Source: Gemmatales bacterium (GTDB lineage: Bacteria; Planctomycetota; Planctomycetia; Gemmatales; HRBIN36). From it: 64,000 bases of DNA. Both the position numbers and the translations under genes were made by a program. This document shows, one piece after another, positions 19,863-30,105 of this stretch. The DNA lies in the NCBI GenBank assembly GCA_041640595.1, contig JBEPZY010000001.1, forward strand, positions 128,001-192,000, written 5' to 3'. Position 1 is the first letter of the stretch. Each line of letters opens with the position of its first letter. The notes under the pieces were generated by a model that was not told the DNA's origin, searched no databases, and was given only the letters and a program-made list of their open reading frames with translations.

Positions 19863-20846
19863 CTAATACCTGAGGCCTATGGCACCGCCTAGTTTCATGT
19901 GATCAAGGTGCCGATCGGTATCATCAAGGATGTCTGACCAGCCAATCCAGTCGTGGCCGTATTCGGTAAATATCTCGACCATAATGTCGTATCCGCAACG
20001 CGGGATTAAGAACCCGGCATGACCGCCAGCATAGATGCCGCCTATGTTATCAGTGCGATATGGTTCGGTCAAAAACTTAGTATTGGCGCTGCCAAAACGC
20101 CCACCAGCAAAGGCGCCGAGAACGATAGTCCAGCGGCCAGGTTCACCACCGCCAAAATACCATTCCCTGCCAATCCCGACCCGTAGCCAGTAAATATTCA
20201 GCTCGCGAATGGAAGCGAAGGGTGTATCTTCGTCCGCCTGGCCGTTGTAATAGTTATACTCGAATCCGAGTTCACCGAACCACGCGGCTGGTTTGGTATC
20301 ATCGTAAAGGAAGTTGCGTATGCCGATCTCGGCACCTATTCCCGGATCGAGATGGGAGTCTAATTTACCGCCGCCCACGAGCCAGACCACGCTCATGCGA
20401 CCATAAACCTCGAAAGGCACAAACAGGTGCGGATAGGCGCACATGGGATGCTTGCACGAACGGTCCAGCCCATTCCAGATGCGCCAGCGCCATTCGGTGG
20501 GACTAAGTATCCCGGCCGACCCTTCTATATCGTCGTCTATCAAATCGGGGCGGGACGTAGTCAATCCGAGTCGGGTCTTGATGCCTTCGAGGGCGCGACA
20601 TCCCTGACATTGACCGGGCAGGCATCCGCGATGAAAGCACCTGTCGCCACCGGTTTCGGACTGTTCGGTGTAATCGAAAGGCAAGACGGTATCCCTATCC
20701 GGTTTGTGTTCCAAGAGTGGAAACGAGCCATCTTTGATGGGGCAGAAGCCGAAATCGGTTTGCGCATAAACTGGCACACCGAGCATCAGGGCAATTAGAC
20801 AGGCAGCGGTGGCTTGGCAGTCTTTGAGCCGGAAATTGTTGTTCAT
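19863..20846 (-). CDS. Hypothetical exported protein, probable outer-membrane beta-barrel
   Basis: Signal peptide (VYA/Q); Cys-rich N-terminal region; alternating Gly/aromatic beta-strands; ends GGAIGLRY. Confidence 0.65.
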   Translation of the reverse strand: MNNNFRLKDCQATAACLIALMLGVPVYAQTDFGFCPIKDGSFPLLEHKPDRDTVLPFDYTEQSETGGDRCFHRGCLPGQCQGCRALEGIKTRLGLTTSRPDLIDDDIEGSAGILSPTEWRWRIWNGLDRSCKHPMCAYPHLFVPFEVYGRMSVVWLVGGGKLDSHLDPGIGAEIGIRNFLYDDTKPAAWFGELGFEYNYYNGQADEDTPFASIRELNIYWLRVGIGREWYFGGGEPGRWTIVLGAFAGGRFGSANTKFLTEPYRTDNIGGIYAGGHAGFLIPRCGYDIMVEIFTEYGHDWIGWSDILDDTDRHLDHMKLGGAIGLRY

Positions 20847-21167
20847 CGGAAAAATCCTGCGTATTTTGCCCTGGCTGAAACAGCGTCAGGTGGTGAATGC
20901 TGCGGATTCTGTAGTACGCTTTGCCATCCGTTGGTCATGGTATCAGCCGATCGGCGGGCTCGTTTTATAATTCGGCTAACGGATGTGCCGATCTGCAACG
21001 TTTTGCCGATATTGGCGGATGGATAGGATGGGTAAACTTTTATCGCGGCCGGGTTGCGACACAATCGCTGGCAGAAGCGACATCACAGAAGCTGCCGGAA
21101 AAAATTACATTGGCAATTCCCGCCGGCATCTCATTGTCGCGGCTGCTCATGACGGGGCAAATCAGCT

Positions 21168-22355
21168 TCACAAGGCGCCCATGCCGAAGAAGACGTTGCG
21201 TTTGAGCAGGCGGTAGAACCAGTAGTCTTCCGGGATTTCCTCTCCAGGCAGGTGTTGACTATGGCGGGGAGCCAGGGATTGCAGTTCGGCCAGCAGATCC
21301 CGACCGCTGTAATCCCGAACGTTCTGCTGGCGGAAAAAGGCCACGAGTTCCTGCGGATATTCCAGGATAACGCAGCCTTTGGTGCGTTCTTTGACAAACT
21401 GTTGAAATCCGCGCAGGAATCGGCTTTCGTTGATAACGGGAAACAGGTCGCCGTTGCCGTCTCGCACCGTTTCGCAGGCAACGGAGAGCGGTGGGCACGG
21501 TTCGATACTTCCCTGCGGCCCGATGTGAAAACCGAGCCCCATAGCAGCCGGGCAGAACGCCTCGCCGTCGGCTGTCCAGTAACTATCCACGATCAGAATC
21601 GGATGTTTGCGCCGCAGAACAAGCAAGCGTTTACGGGCCTCTAACAATTGCTCGCGTGTCAGGGCGTATTCCGGATGCGGATCGGCTCCGACCGGACGAT
21701 AGACATAGTACCAGATATACATCGCCCCTAGACGAATAAAGGTTTCGAGATAAGCATCGGCGAGGCACTCGTCGAGGTTGTCGCGCGTCAAGGTCGTGGC
21801 GATGCCATAGAGCAGACGGTGGCGTTGAAGTCGGGCCAGACCTTCCATGACGCTGGCAAACACACCTGCACCGCGCCGGCGATCGTTGTTGGCAGCGAAG
21901 CCGTCTATGCTTACCAATGGCGTAACGTTGCCCAGCTGTTTCAGTTCGCGCACCGTTTCTTCGCTGAAAAACATGCCATTGGTGATGACCTGGAAGTAGC
22001 AATCGGGGTGCCGTCGAAAAATGTCCAGGAGTCCCTTGTACAAGAAAGGTTCGCCTCCCAGAAGAGTGTAGTAGTAAGCGCTGGCCCGTTTACCTGATTC
22101 GATGATGCGGTCGAGGTCTTTGGGTTGCAGGAAGTGAGCTTTGCCCTCTTTTTCCACCCAGCAACCGTGGCAGCGCAGATTGCAGATGTTCGTCAGGGCG
22201 ATGAACATGAAAGGAGGATAAAGCTCCTTACGGCGAAGTCGGCGCTTATAAGCCTGGACGGCCAGGAAACCTTTGGCGACCCAGAGCCAGGCCGCTTTCA
22301 AAGCAATTCGCGTGTCCAGTTCGGTCATCACGCGCCAGAAAAAGCGTATGAGCAT
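21168..22355 (-). CDS. Radical SAM protein with C-terminal twitch/SPASM-like segment
   Basis: CNLRCHGC (CxxxCxxC), LLGGEPF, ITNG, SIDG; FCPAAMGLGFHIGPQGSIEPCPP. Confidence 0.92.
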   Translation of the reverse strand: MLIRFFWRVMTELDTRIALKAAWLWVAKGFLAVQAYKRRLRRKELYPPFMFIALTNICNLRCHGCWVEKEGKAHFLQPKDLDRIIESGKRASAYYYTLLGGEPFLYKGLLDIFRRHPDCYFQVITNGMFFSEETVRELKQLGNVTPLVSIDGFAANNDRRRGAGVFASVMEGLARLQRHRLLYGIATTLTRDNLDECLADAYLETFIRLGAMYIWYYVYRPVGADPHPEYALTREQLLEARKRLLVLRRKHPILIVDSYWTADGEAFCPAAMGLGFHIGPQGSIEPCPPLSVACETVRDGNGDLFPVINESRFLRGFQQFVKERTKGCVILEYPQELVAFFRQQNVRDYSGRDLLAELQSLAPRHSQHLPGEEIPEDYWFYRLLKRNVFFGMGAL

Positions 22356-22623
22356 AACAGGAGGCCCTTTTTAGCAGGCGACTGGCCTATTTTTATGACA
22401 ATGGGATTGTCCAAGCAATTTCCTTGTCCAACTTTATGGGGTACCCTGGTTGGCGTTGCCAGCTGGCGAGACGCTTTTGCTGATACAGAACTGCCTATCC
22501 AGAGTGTCTGCTATACCAGGCAAAGAACGTTCGACAGGGCGGTACGTATAAAATCAAGAGTTACCTCAGAAGAGGCAACGCTCAATTAGCAGGGCGGAGG
22601 GAAGGTTACTCACACGGTTTCGC

Positions 22624-23082
22624 CTACGGTGCGGCGGTGAGCTTAACGGTGCGCGGGGGCAGGCAAATCTGGTCGTTGCAGGCCTGATAACGCACGGTGA
22701 CCGTCAACGGACTGGAATCGGGCTGGTCGTTGATCACGGCTCGTTGCAGCCGGACGGTAATTTCGACGGTGTCCTCGTAAATGCGGAAGTTCTCGCCTGC
22801 TTGCATTTTGAGTTTGCCAGGCGGATACTGAATCTGCACATCCCGCAAGGCCGATGCTGCTTCGACCTGTACGGCGGTCGGGACTGGTCCGGCAGCACCG
22901 GCGGGGTTGGCGTAGATGTGCCAGCCTTTTTCAATAGCGATTTTCACAGTCAGCAGTTGCCGACCTTCGGAATCGGGTTTGGTGAGGTTGGTTGAGACCT
23001 GCACGGGTTGAGGTGGCTTTTGTGCCAGGCATAATGCAAGCGGCAGCGCGGTTAGCAAGACGCTGCTGAGGACACGGAGCAT
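22624..23082 (-). CDS. Stand-alone DsbD N-terminal (alpha) domain protein
   Basis: AGGAG Shine-Dalgarno; signal peptide; IEKGWHIYAN and YQACNDQICLPP motifs. Confidence 0.88.
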   Translation of the reverse strand: MLRVLSSVLLTALPLALCLAQKPPQPVQVSTNLTKPDSEGRQLLTVKIAIEKGWHIYANPAGAAGPVPTAVQVEAASALRDVQIQYPPGKLKMQAGENFRIYEDTVEITVRLQRAVINDQPDSSPLTVTVRYQACNDQICLPPRTVKLTAAP

Positions 23083-23125
23083 TACGTTTCTCCTATCAGG
23101 AGCAAAAGCACTGGATAAGCAAGGC

Positions 23126-24442
23126 TCAAACAGTGGGCAGCTGATAAGGATCGCGGCGTGGCCGATCGAGCCACGAATTCGCTTCGCTATCGCCTTCGAA
23201 TTGCCAGGTCTTGGGATTCCAGCGAAGTTTGCGGTGGTTCCAGTAGGCAAGGTTACCGAGATGGCACACAGTCACGGAGCGAGCGCCAATCTCCACGTCA
23301 CAAATCGGACGCTGCCGGGTCTTGATGCATTCAATCCAGTTGCGCTGATGATTGGTCGAGCGTGGCAGGGTGATAATTTTTTCGACGTCGGGTTGTTTGA
23401 CCAGTTCCGGTGGATCGCTGGCAAGGTAACCGCGATTGACAAAGATTTTGCCGTCGCTACCGAGAAAAGCCACGCCATTGACCGGCTTACCAGGAGCGTA
23501 TTCGTTGCTGTGCACGACGACGACGCCGTTGGCGTAAACAAAGCGCACGCCCTTTTCGGTTTTCGGCCAGGGAACGGGTGGAGGTAAAATTTCCACCGGG
23601 CCGGAATCGTCGGCTCCGATGCCCCACTGGGCGATGTCGAAATGGTGAGCACCCCAGTCGGTCATCATTCCGCCGGAGTATTCTTTGTAATTGCGCCAGG
23701 CGGGGAAGTGTTTGTGCACGCCACGCGGACTGAGCACCGAGTTGTACGGTCTTTTCGGGGCTGGACCCAACCAGCGATCCCAATCGAGACCGGGTTCCAG
23801 CGGTTCCTCGGGGAGATCACAGGGTCGGCTCGGACCGCCCACGTTGACATGCACTTCTTTGAGCTGGCCGATCCGTCCGGCTCGCACCAGCCCGCAGGCG
23901 ACCCAGAATTCTCGGCTGGATCGTTGCTGGCTGCCGGTCTGGAACACGCGGTTGTATTTGCGCACGGCTTCGATCATCAACCGCGCCTCGTGAATGGTGA
24001 GCGAGAGCGGTTTTTCGCAGTAGATGTCCTTACCCGCCTTGCATGCCTCTAAAACTGGAATGGCGTGCCAGTGATCGGGCGTGGCAATAACGACGGCGTC
24101 AATGTCTTTTCGAGCCAGCAAATCGCGGAAATCGTTGTAGGCAGCACAGCCCTTATATTCGCCGGATTTGACCTGAGCGGCGTAGCGTTCGTCCACCATC
24201 TTGCGTGCGAATTCACGGCGATTGGTGTCCACATCGCAAACGGCGAGCACCTGCACGTCCTTCATGCCAAGGAATCCGCCCATCAGACCGCGTCCCTGCG
24301 TGCCGACACCGATGACGCCGATGGTAATGCGATCGCTCGGAGCGGCGCGCTGCTGGTTGCCCAGCGCAGTGGCCGGGATGAATAGCGGTGCGGCACCCAA
24401 AGCCAGCATCTTGTGAAATTGTCGGCGCGTGATCTGCTGCAT
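23126..24442 (-). CDS. Tat-exported Gfo/Idh/MocA family oxidoreductase
   Basis: ITRRQF twin-arginine signal; IGVIGVGTQG, ATPDHWH, YCEKP, QTGSQQRS, DWGAHHFD. Confidence 0.95.
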   Translation of the reverse strand: MQQITRRQFHKMLALGAAPLFIPATALGNQQRAAPSDRITIGVIGVGTQGRGLMGGFLGMKDVQVLAVCDVDTNRREFARKMVDERYAAQVKSGEYKGCAAYNDFRDLLARKDIDAVVIATPDHWHAIPVLEACKAGKDIYCEKPLSLTIHEARLMIEAVRKYNRVFQTGSQQRSSREFWVACGLVRAGRIGQLKEVHVNVGGPSRPCDLPEEPLEPGLDWDRWLGPAPKRPYNSVLSPRGVHKHFPAWRNYKEYSGGMMTDWGAHHFDIAQWGIGADDSGPVEILPPPVPWPKTEKGVRFVYANGVVVVHSNEYAPGKPVNGVAFLGSDGKIFVNRGYLASDPPELVKQPDVEKIITLPRSTNHQRNWIECIKTRQRPICDVEIGARSVTVCHLGNLAYWNHRKLRWNPKTWQFEGDSEANSWLDRPRRDPYQLPTV

Positions 24443-24959
24443 GGTGGGGTCTCCTGAATCGGGGTTGAAAGTTTCCGCGTTATGTTCGGTTGACCACCTT
24501 TCGGCGAGGCATGGCCGGGACAGTTTAGTTCCTTTCACTTGTTTTTGTATCCGGTTTCATCTGATCTGCCAGCCGCAGGCATAGCGAGTAAGCAACATGG
24601 CCGTGTGTCTTAACCCGCTGCATATCCATCTGGTTGGGATGAAGCTCAGGCTGCGTGGATTGGAGTAGGTCTATGCAACCGTCGTCATGGTGCGCTGGTA
24701 ATGCCTCGAGGTCGGGCCTGCGTTGTGTTGCACACCGGATGGAATGCGGCAGTAGCGTCAGACCGCCTGACGTTTCGACCCGATTGGACAATAAAAGCCA
24801 GGACAGGCGCATCATGTAGTTGAGAACCATCCACAGCACCTGAGCCGATTGTGCATGGACGCGGTGCAAGCGAAACGATAAAATTTTCGATAGACGGCTC
24901 AAAGTGCTTCCCTCCTTCAAGCCTGCCTGAGACGCAGTTGCTGAACACGGAGCTTCGAC

Positions 24960-27900
24960 ATGCTGCGACGGAAATGGTGTTACGGGATCGCGGGTGTGGG
25001 ACTGGCAGTGATTGGCTATGCGCTGGCAGTGGCGGAGCCGACAGCGAACACCACGCCATCTCAAACGGCCCAGCCTAGTCGAAGTTCCGGGCCGATAGAC
25101 TTTAACCGCGATATTCGCCCGATTCTCTCGGACCATTGCTTCGCCTGTCACGGACCGGACGAAAAGTCGCGCAAATCAGGCCTTCGGCTCGACCGCAAGG
25201 ACGATGCATTTAAACCTTTGCGAGACGGAGGTTACGCTATCGTTCCTGGCAAACCCGACGAAAGTGAGTTGTTCCGCCGCATTACCGCTGAAAACAGCCA
25301 GGAGCGGATGCCGCCGAAGAACTTTCCGAAGCGGCTCAAACCGGAGCAGATTGAGCTAATTCGCCAGTGGATTCTGCAAGGAGCACCGTGGGCCGAGCAC
25401 TGGGCGTTTGTACCTCCGCAGAAGCCAAACTTGCCGGCGGTGCAGGACAAATCCTGGCCACGCAATGCCATTGACTACTTCATTCTGGCACGCCTGGAAC
25501 GCGAGGGTCTGAAACCGGCACCGGAAGCCGACAAGATAACGCTCGCACGTCGCGTCAGCCTCGATCTGACTGGTTTGCCGCCGACACCTGCGGAAGTGGA
25601 CGCATTTCTCGCGGATACCTCGCCGGATGCTTATGAGAAACTGGTGCAGCGGTTGCTTGATTCACCCCGGTATGGCGAGCACATGGCTCGCTACTGGCTC
25701 GATGCGGTGAGGTATGGCGACACCCATGGGATGCATCTGGACAATTACCGCGAAATCTGGCCCTACCGCGACTGGGTCGTTCGCGCTTTCAACGCCAATT
25801 TGCCTTACGATCAGTTCATCACCTGGCAGCTGGCCGGTGACCTATTACCCAATCCGACGGAGGATCAACTTATTGCCACGGGTTACATCCGCTGCCACAT
25901 CACGACCAACGAGGGCGGTTCCATTGAGGAAGAGGTTTACGTGCGTAACGTGGTGGACCGTGTGGAGAATTTCGCCACGGTGATGCTGGGGATGACTTTC
26001 CAGTGTGCCCAGTGCCACGACCACAAATACGATCCGGTAACCATGCGGGACTTTTACTCGCTGTTTGCCTTCTTCAACAGCATGGATGGTCCTGACATGG
26101 ACGGCAATCGCAAAGACCCGCCGCCAGTGCTCAAAGTTGCCAGCGACGAACAGAAGAAGCAACTTGCTGATCTCCGGCAACAAATAGCTGGTCTGCAAAA
26201 ATCGCAAAAACAGCGTGCCCAGGCTGCCGAGCAGGAATTCTCACAGTGGTTGGCCAAAGTTGAGGAGCAACGCCGACAGTCGGGCTCGGCTTTGCAACAG
26301 CTGAGTACCCAGGGCCTGCTTGGATATTATCCGCTGAACGAAAAAGCTGGCTCGGAAGTTCGTAACCTCGCCAAACCGGGACCCAATTTTCAGGCTCGCG
26401 TGCAAGGGAACCCGCAGTGGGTTCCGGGTAAAGTGGGCGGGGCACTACGCCTGGACGGCAATACTCACGTCGAACTTGGCGGTCGGAATTACGATTTTGA
26501 ACGCGATAGGCCTTTCAGCTACGGAGCATGGGTCAAGCTGGCCAATGGCAACGGCACCGTATTGTCGAAAATGAACGACAGCCAGGCCTTTCGTGGCTGG
26601 GATTTGTTTGTCCTGAATGATACCGTCATGGTTCACCTCATCCACAACTGGCCCGACAACGCTATCAAGATTACCGCGGAAGAAAAGCTCCAGCGCAATG
26701 AGTGGGTGCATCTGTTTGTTACTTACGATGGGTCGTCGAAAGCAGCTGGATTGAAGCTCTACATCAATGGGAAACCGGCTAAGGTGCGCGTGGAGGTGGA
26801 CAATCTGCGCGATTCGATCCGCAACCCGGCCGGGCCCAAGATTGGCCGCCGAACTCCAAGTCATCCGCTGGTAGGTGAGGTGGACGAAGTGCGGATTTAC
26901 GAACGTCGTCTGTCTGACGAGGAGGTGGCAGCCCTGTACCAGGGCGATCCGCTCTTTCCGATTGCTGGCATTCTGGCTATCCCGGCCGAGAAGCGCACTC
27001 CTCAGCAAAAAGAGCAGCTCAAGCAGTTCTACCTGGAACGGTTTGACTCGGAGTACAGAAAGCTGGCTGAACAGGTCGAACAGTTGCGGGCACAGGAAAA
27101 ACGATTGGACGAGGCATTGCCGGTGACCCTGATCTACCGCGAACGGCCCCAGCCGCGTCCGGCATATATTCTCATTCGCGGTGAGTATGATCGAAAAGGT
27201 GAACAGGTGGGTCGCAACGTACCGGCGTTTCTGCCTGGCTTGCGACCAGAGTATCCGCTCAACCGCCTGGGATTGGCCCAGTGGCTTTTGGACCGCAGTC
27301 ACCCTCTTACGGCCCGAGTGGCGGTCAATCGGTTCTGGCAGCAGGTGTTCGGCACGGGCTTGGTAAAAACTGCCGAAGACTTCGGCCGCCAGGGCGAGCC
27401 TCCGAGCCATCCCGAATTGCTGGATTGGTTGGCTGTGCATTTCCAGGAGAGTGGCTGGAATGTCAAGGAGTTGATGCGCTTGGTGGTGACTTCGGCAACG
27501 TATCGGCAATCCGCAGTGACCACCCCGGAAAAGCTCGCGAAAGACCCGCAGAATCGGTTGCTGTCCCGGGGTCCGCGGTTCCGCATGGACGGCGAGATGC
27601 TCCGCGACCAGGCGCTGTTTGTGAGTGGATTGCTGGTCGAACGCATAGGTGGGCCGCCGGTCAAATTACCTCAGCCGCCGGGCATCTGGGAGGCTGTTGG
27701 ATTTGTGGGCAGCAACACACGTGAATTCCGGCCCGACACCGGGCGAGAGAAAGTCCATCGCCGCAGTCTGTATGCGTTTTGGAAGCGGACGGCCCCACCG
27801 CCGCAGATGACGGCTTTCGATGCCCCGTCACGGGAACAGTGCGTAGTGCGGCGGGAACGGACGAATACACCTTTGCAAGCTCTGGTGCTGATGAACGAAG

Positions 27901-28211
27901 TACAATACCTGGAATGTGCTCGTGCGCTGGCAGAGCGGGGTATGAAAGAGGGCGGAAAATCTGCCGCCGAGCGGATTCGCTGGATGTTTCGACTGGCCAC
28001 CTGCCGCTGGCCCGATGCTCAGGAGCTGGCGACTTTGCAACAAAGTTACGAGACCTTGAAACAGCGGTATCTCAATAACCCCAGCGCTGCCAATCAGTTG
28101 ATTCAAATTGGCGAATCGAAACCCGATCCGCAACTGGACGCGGTCGAATTGGCCGCTCTTACCCTGGTCGGGAATGCGATTCTGAACCTGGACGAAGTGC
28201 TCAACAAGTGA
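24960..28211 (+). CDS. Planctomycete cytochrome c + DUF1549 + LamG-like + DUF1553 protein
   Basis: [39 protein letters not shown], LamG-like insert (W..L.VTYDGS...DEVRIY), [22 protein letters not shown]. Confidence 0.93.
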   Translation: MLRRKWCYGIAGVGLAVIGYALAVAEPTANTTPSQTAQPSRSSGPIDFNRDIRPILSDHCFACHGPDEKSRKSGLRLDRKDDAFKPLRDGGYAIVPGKPDESELFRRITAENSQERMPPKNFPKRLKPEQIELIRQWILQGAPWAEHWAFVPPQKPNLPAVQDKSWPRNAIDYFILARLEREGLKPAPEADKITLARRVSLDLTGLPPTPAEVDAFLADTSPDAYEKLVQRLLDSPRYGEHMARYWLDAVRYGDTHGMHLDNYREIWPYRDWVVRAFNANLPYDQFITWQLAGDLLPNPTEDQLIATGYIRCHITTNEGGSIEEEVYVRNVVDRVENFATVMLGMTFQCAQCHDHKYDPVTMRDFYSLFAFFNSMDGPDMDGNRKDPPPVLKVASDEQKKQLADLRQQIAGLQKSQKQRAQAAEQEFSQWLAKVEEQRRQSGSALQQLSTQGLLGYYPLNEKAGSEVRNLAKPGPNFQARVQGNPQWVPGKVGGALRLDGNTHVELGGRNYDFERDRPFSYGAWVKLANGNGTVLSKMNDSQAFRGWDLFVLNDTVMVHLIHNWPDNAIKITAEEKLQRNEWVHLFVTYDGSSKAAGLKLYINGKPAKVRVEVDNLRDSIRNPAGPKIGRRTPSHPLVGEVDEVRIYERRLSDEEVAALYQGDPLFPIAGILAIPAEKRTPQQKEQLKQFYLERFDSEYRKLAEQVEQLRAQEKRLDEALPVTLIYRERPQPRPAYILIRGEYDRKGEQVGRNVPAFLPGLRPEYPLNRLGLAQWLLDRSHPLTARVAVNRFWQQVFGTGLVKTAEDFGRQGEPPSHPELLDWLAVHFQESGWNVKELMRLVVTSATYRQSAVTTPEKLAKDPQNRLLSRGPRFRMDGEMLRDQALFVSGLLVERIGGPPVKLPQPPGIWEAVGFVGSNTREFRPDTGREKVHRRSLYAFWKRTAPPPQMTAFDAPSREQCVVRRERTNTPLQALVLMNEVQYLECARALAERGMKEGGKSAAERIRWMFRLATCRWPDAQELATLQQSYETLKQRYLNNPSAANQLIQIGESKPDPQLDAVELAALTLVGNAILNLDEVLNK

Positions 28212-28275
28212 TTGCCTTTGCCTGGCAGGGTTTGGCACTGCTAATGGCTCGGAAAAAACAGGGGAGGCCACGCAG

Positions 28276-29730
28276 ATGGATCCGATTCGTGAATATGCCT
28301 TGACCATGACCCGGCGACACTTCTTCGCCAGCAGCGGAGTGAGCCTGGGTGCGCTGGTGCTGGCTTCGCTCATGCCGGAAAAAGTTCTGGCGCAGGACGC
28401 TGCTCAAACGGGCGGTTTAGCCGGACTGCCCCATTTCAAGCCGCGAGCGAAACGTGCGATTTTCCTGTTTATGAACGGTGGCCCGGCCCAGATGGATCTG
28501 TGGGACTATAAGCCCAAAATGCGCGAATGGTTCGACAAGGATTTGCCCCCGTCGGTTCGCGGCAATCAGCGTCTGACGACGATGACCAGTGGCCAGGCGC
28601 GGTTCCCGATTGCACCGTCGAAGTTCAACTTCGAACGGCATGGCAAGTCGGGTATCTGGGTCAGCGAGCTGTTGCCGTACACCGCCAAGGTGGTGGACGA
28701 GTTGTGCATCATCAAGTCCATGTACACCGAAGCGATCAACCACGACCCGGCGGTAACCTACATTTGCACAGGCAGCCAGATTCCTGGCCGTCCCAGTCTG
28801 GGTTCCTGGCTCAGTTACGGCTTAGGCACGCTGAACCAAAACTTACCGACGTTTGTCGTGATGACCCCGAGCAGCACCTATTACGATGCCCAGGCGCTGT
28901 ACCAGCGACTCTGGGGTTCAGGATGCTTGCCGAGCAAACATGCCGGGGTGGCCTTACGCTCGACTGGAGACCCGATCCTGTATCTCTCCAATCCCGCAGG
29001 CGTGGACAGCGCTGCCCGCAGGCAAATGCTGGATGCGGTTGCACGGTTGAATCAGAAAAAGCAACAGGAACTGGGCGACCCGGAGATACTCGACCGGATT
29101 GCTCAGTATGAAATGGCGTTCCGTATGCAAGCCAGCGTGCCGGAACTGATGGACATCTCCAAGGAACCGGAGCACGTGTTGCAAATGTATGGTCCTCAGG
29201 TACGTAAGCCTGGAACCGTGGCGGCGAGTTGTTTGTTGGCTCGACGTCTGGTGGAGCGAGGCGTGCGCTTTGTCCAGATTTTCCATCGTGGCTGGGATCA
29301 CCACAACAACTTGCCGAACAACATCAAGACCGCTTGCATGGATTCCGATCAGCCGATCGCAGCCCTCATCACTGATTTGAAGCAGCGAGGACTGCTGGAG
29401 GATACGCTGGTCATTTGGGGCGGCGAATTTGGCAGAACTATTTATTGCCAGGGCAAGCTAACTCCCGACAATTACGGCCGCGATCATCATCCCCGTTGCT
29501 TCACTTACTGGTTGGCCGGTGCTGGTGTCAAACGCGGTTTTGTTTACGGCGAAACCGACGATTTCAGCTACAACATCGTCCGCGACCCGGTGCACATCCA
29601 CAATCTCAACGCCACCATTCTCTATTTGTTCGGCATAGACCACCTGCGTCTGACGGTGAAATTCCAGGGTCTGGATCTGCGGCTCACGGGCACGGAAGGG
29701 CACGGCCCAGTGCTCGACCTGCTGAGCTAA
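28276..29730 (+). CDS. DUF1501 family protein (Tat signal)
   Basis: [56 protein letters not shown]. Confidence 0.93.
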   Translation: MDPIREYALTMTRRHFFASSGVSLGALVLASLMPEKVLAQDAAQTGGLAGLPHFKPRAKRAIFLFMNGGPAQMDLWDYKPKMREWFDKDLPPSVRGNQRLTTMTSGQARFPIAPSKFNFERHGKSGIWVSELLPYTAKVVDELCIIKSMYTEAINHDPAVTYICTGSQIPGRPSLGSWLSYGLGTLNQNLPTFVVMTPSSTYYDAQALYQRLWGSGCLPSKHAGVALRSTGDPILYLSNPAGVDSAARRQMLDAVARLNQKKQQELGDPEILDRIAQYEMAFRMQASVPELMDISKEPEHVLQMYGPQVRKPGTVAASCLLARRLVERGVRFVQIFHRGWDHHNNLPNNIKTACMDSDQPIAALITDLKQRGLLEDTLVIWGGEFGRTIYCQGKLTPDNYGRDHHPRCFTYWLAGAGVKRGFVYGETDDFSYNIVRDPVHIHNLNATILYLFGIDHLRLTVKFQGLDLRLTGTEGHGPVLDLLS

Positions 29731-29990
29731 AGCGAGCTTGGTGGCTCGGCTTCCGATTGTGCGCGATTCTGGGGCGATCGGCACGGGCGCCCTGCCGGCT
29801 CACGGTGTTGAGTGGTTTTCATGGCCAGCAACAAATTCGTGCCGTGTCTCAGAATTCGCCTGGAGCGGACAGTTTATTGACGAGTGGGTGCCAAAGTTTT
29901 ACCGATGGCGTGCATGAGGTCTTCTTTTTGCCCAGCCGATGCTGGTGGATCTTTCCTGGCCTGGGTTATCATGGTAAGGGTGGCCAAAAA

Positions 29991-30019
29991 TTGACAAAAT
30001 GCAGCAACGGACTTAGATT
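29991..30019 (+). promoter_or_regulatory. Near-consensus sigma70 promoter
   Basis: TTGACA (29991-29996), 17-nt spacer, TAGATT (30014-30019), upstream of ATG 30106. Confidence 0.75.
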
Positions 30020-30105
30020 TACTTCCGGGGATGGAAAATTCCCGTCGCAGACCAAATTGTTAGGCTCGGGGCCAATAGCGTGGCTTGAAGCTGAGGAGAC
30101 CGAAC

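Noticed and set aside
22356..22623. RiPP precursor peptide beside the radical SAM gene
   Set aside because: No short ORF with Shine-Dalgarno and precursor-like composition found on either side
24443..24959. ncRNA or small gene in the long divergent intergenic region
   Set aside because: No tRNA or known RNA motif recognised; candidate ORFs lack Shine-Dalgarno support and protein-like features
26445..27509. 354-aa antisense ORF (similarly 35280-36326, 47162-48034, 60675-61607)
   Set aside because: Each lies fully opposite a well-supported gene, has no recognisable motifs, and such ORFs are expected in GC-rich DNA
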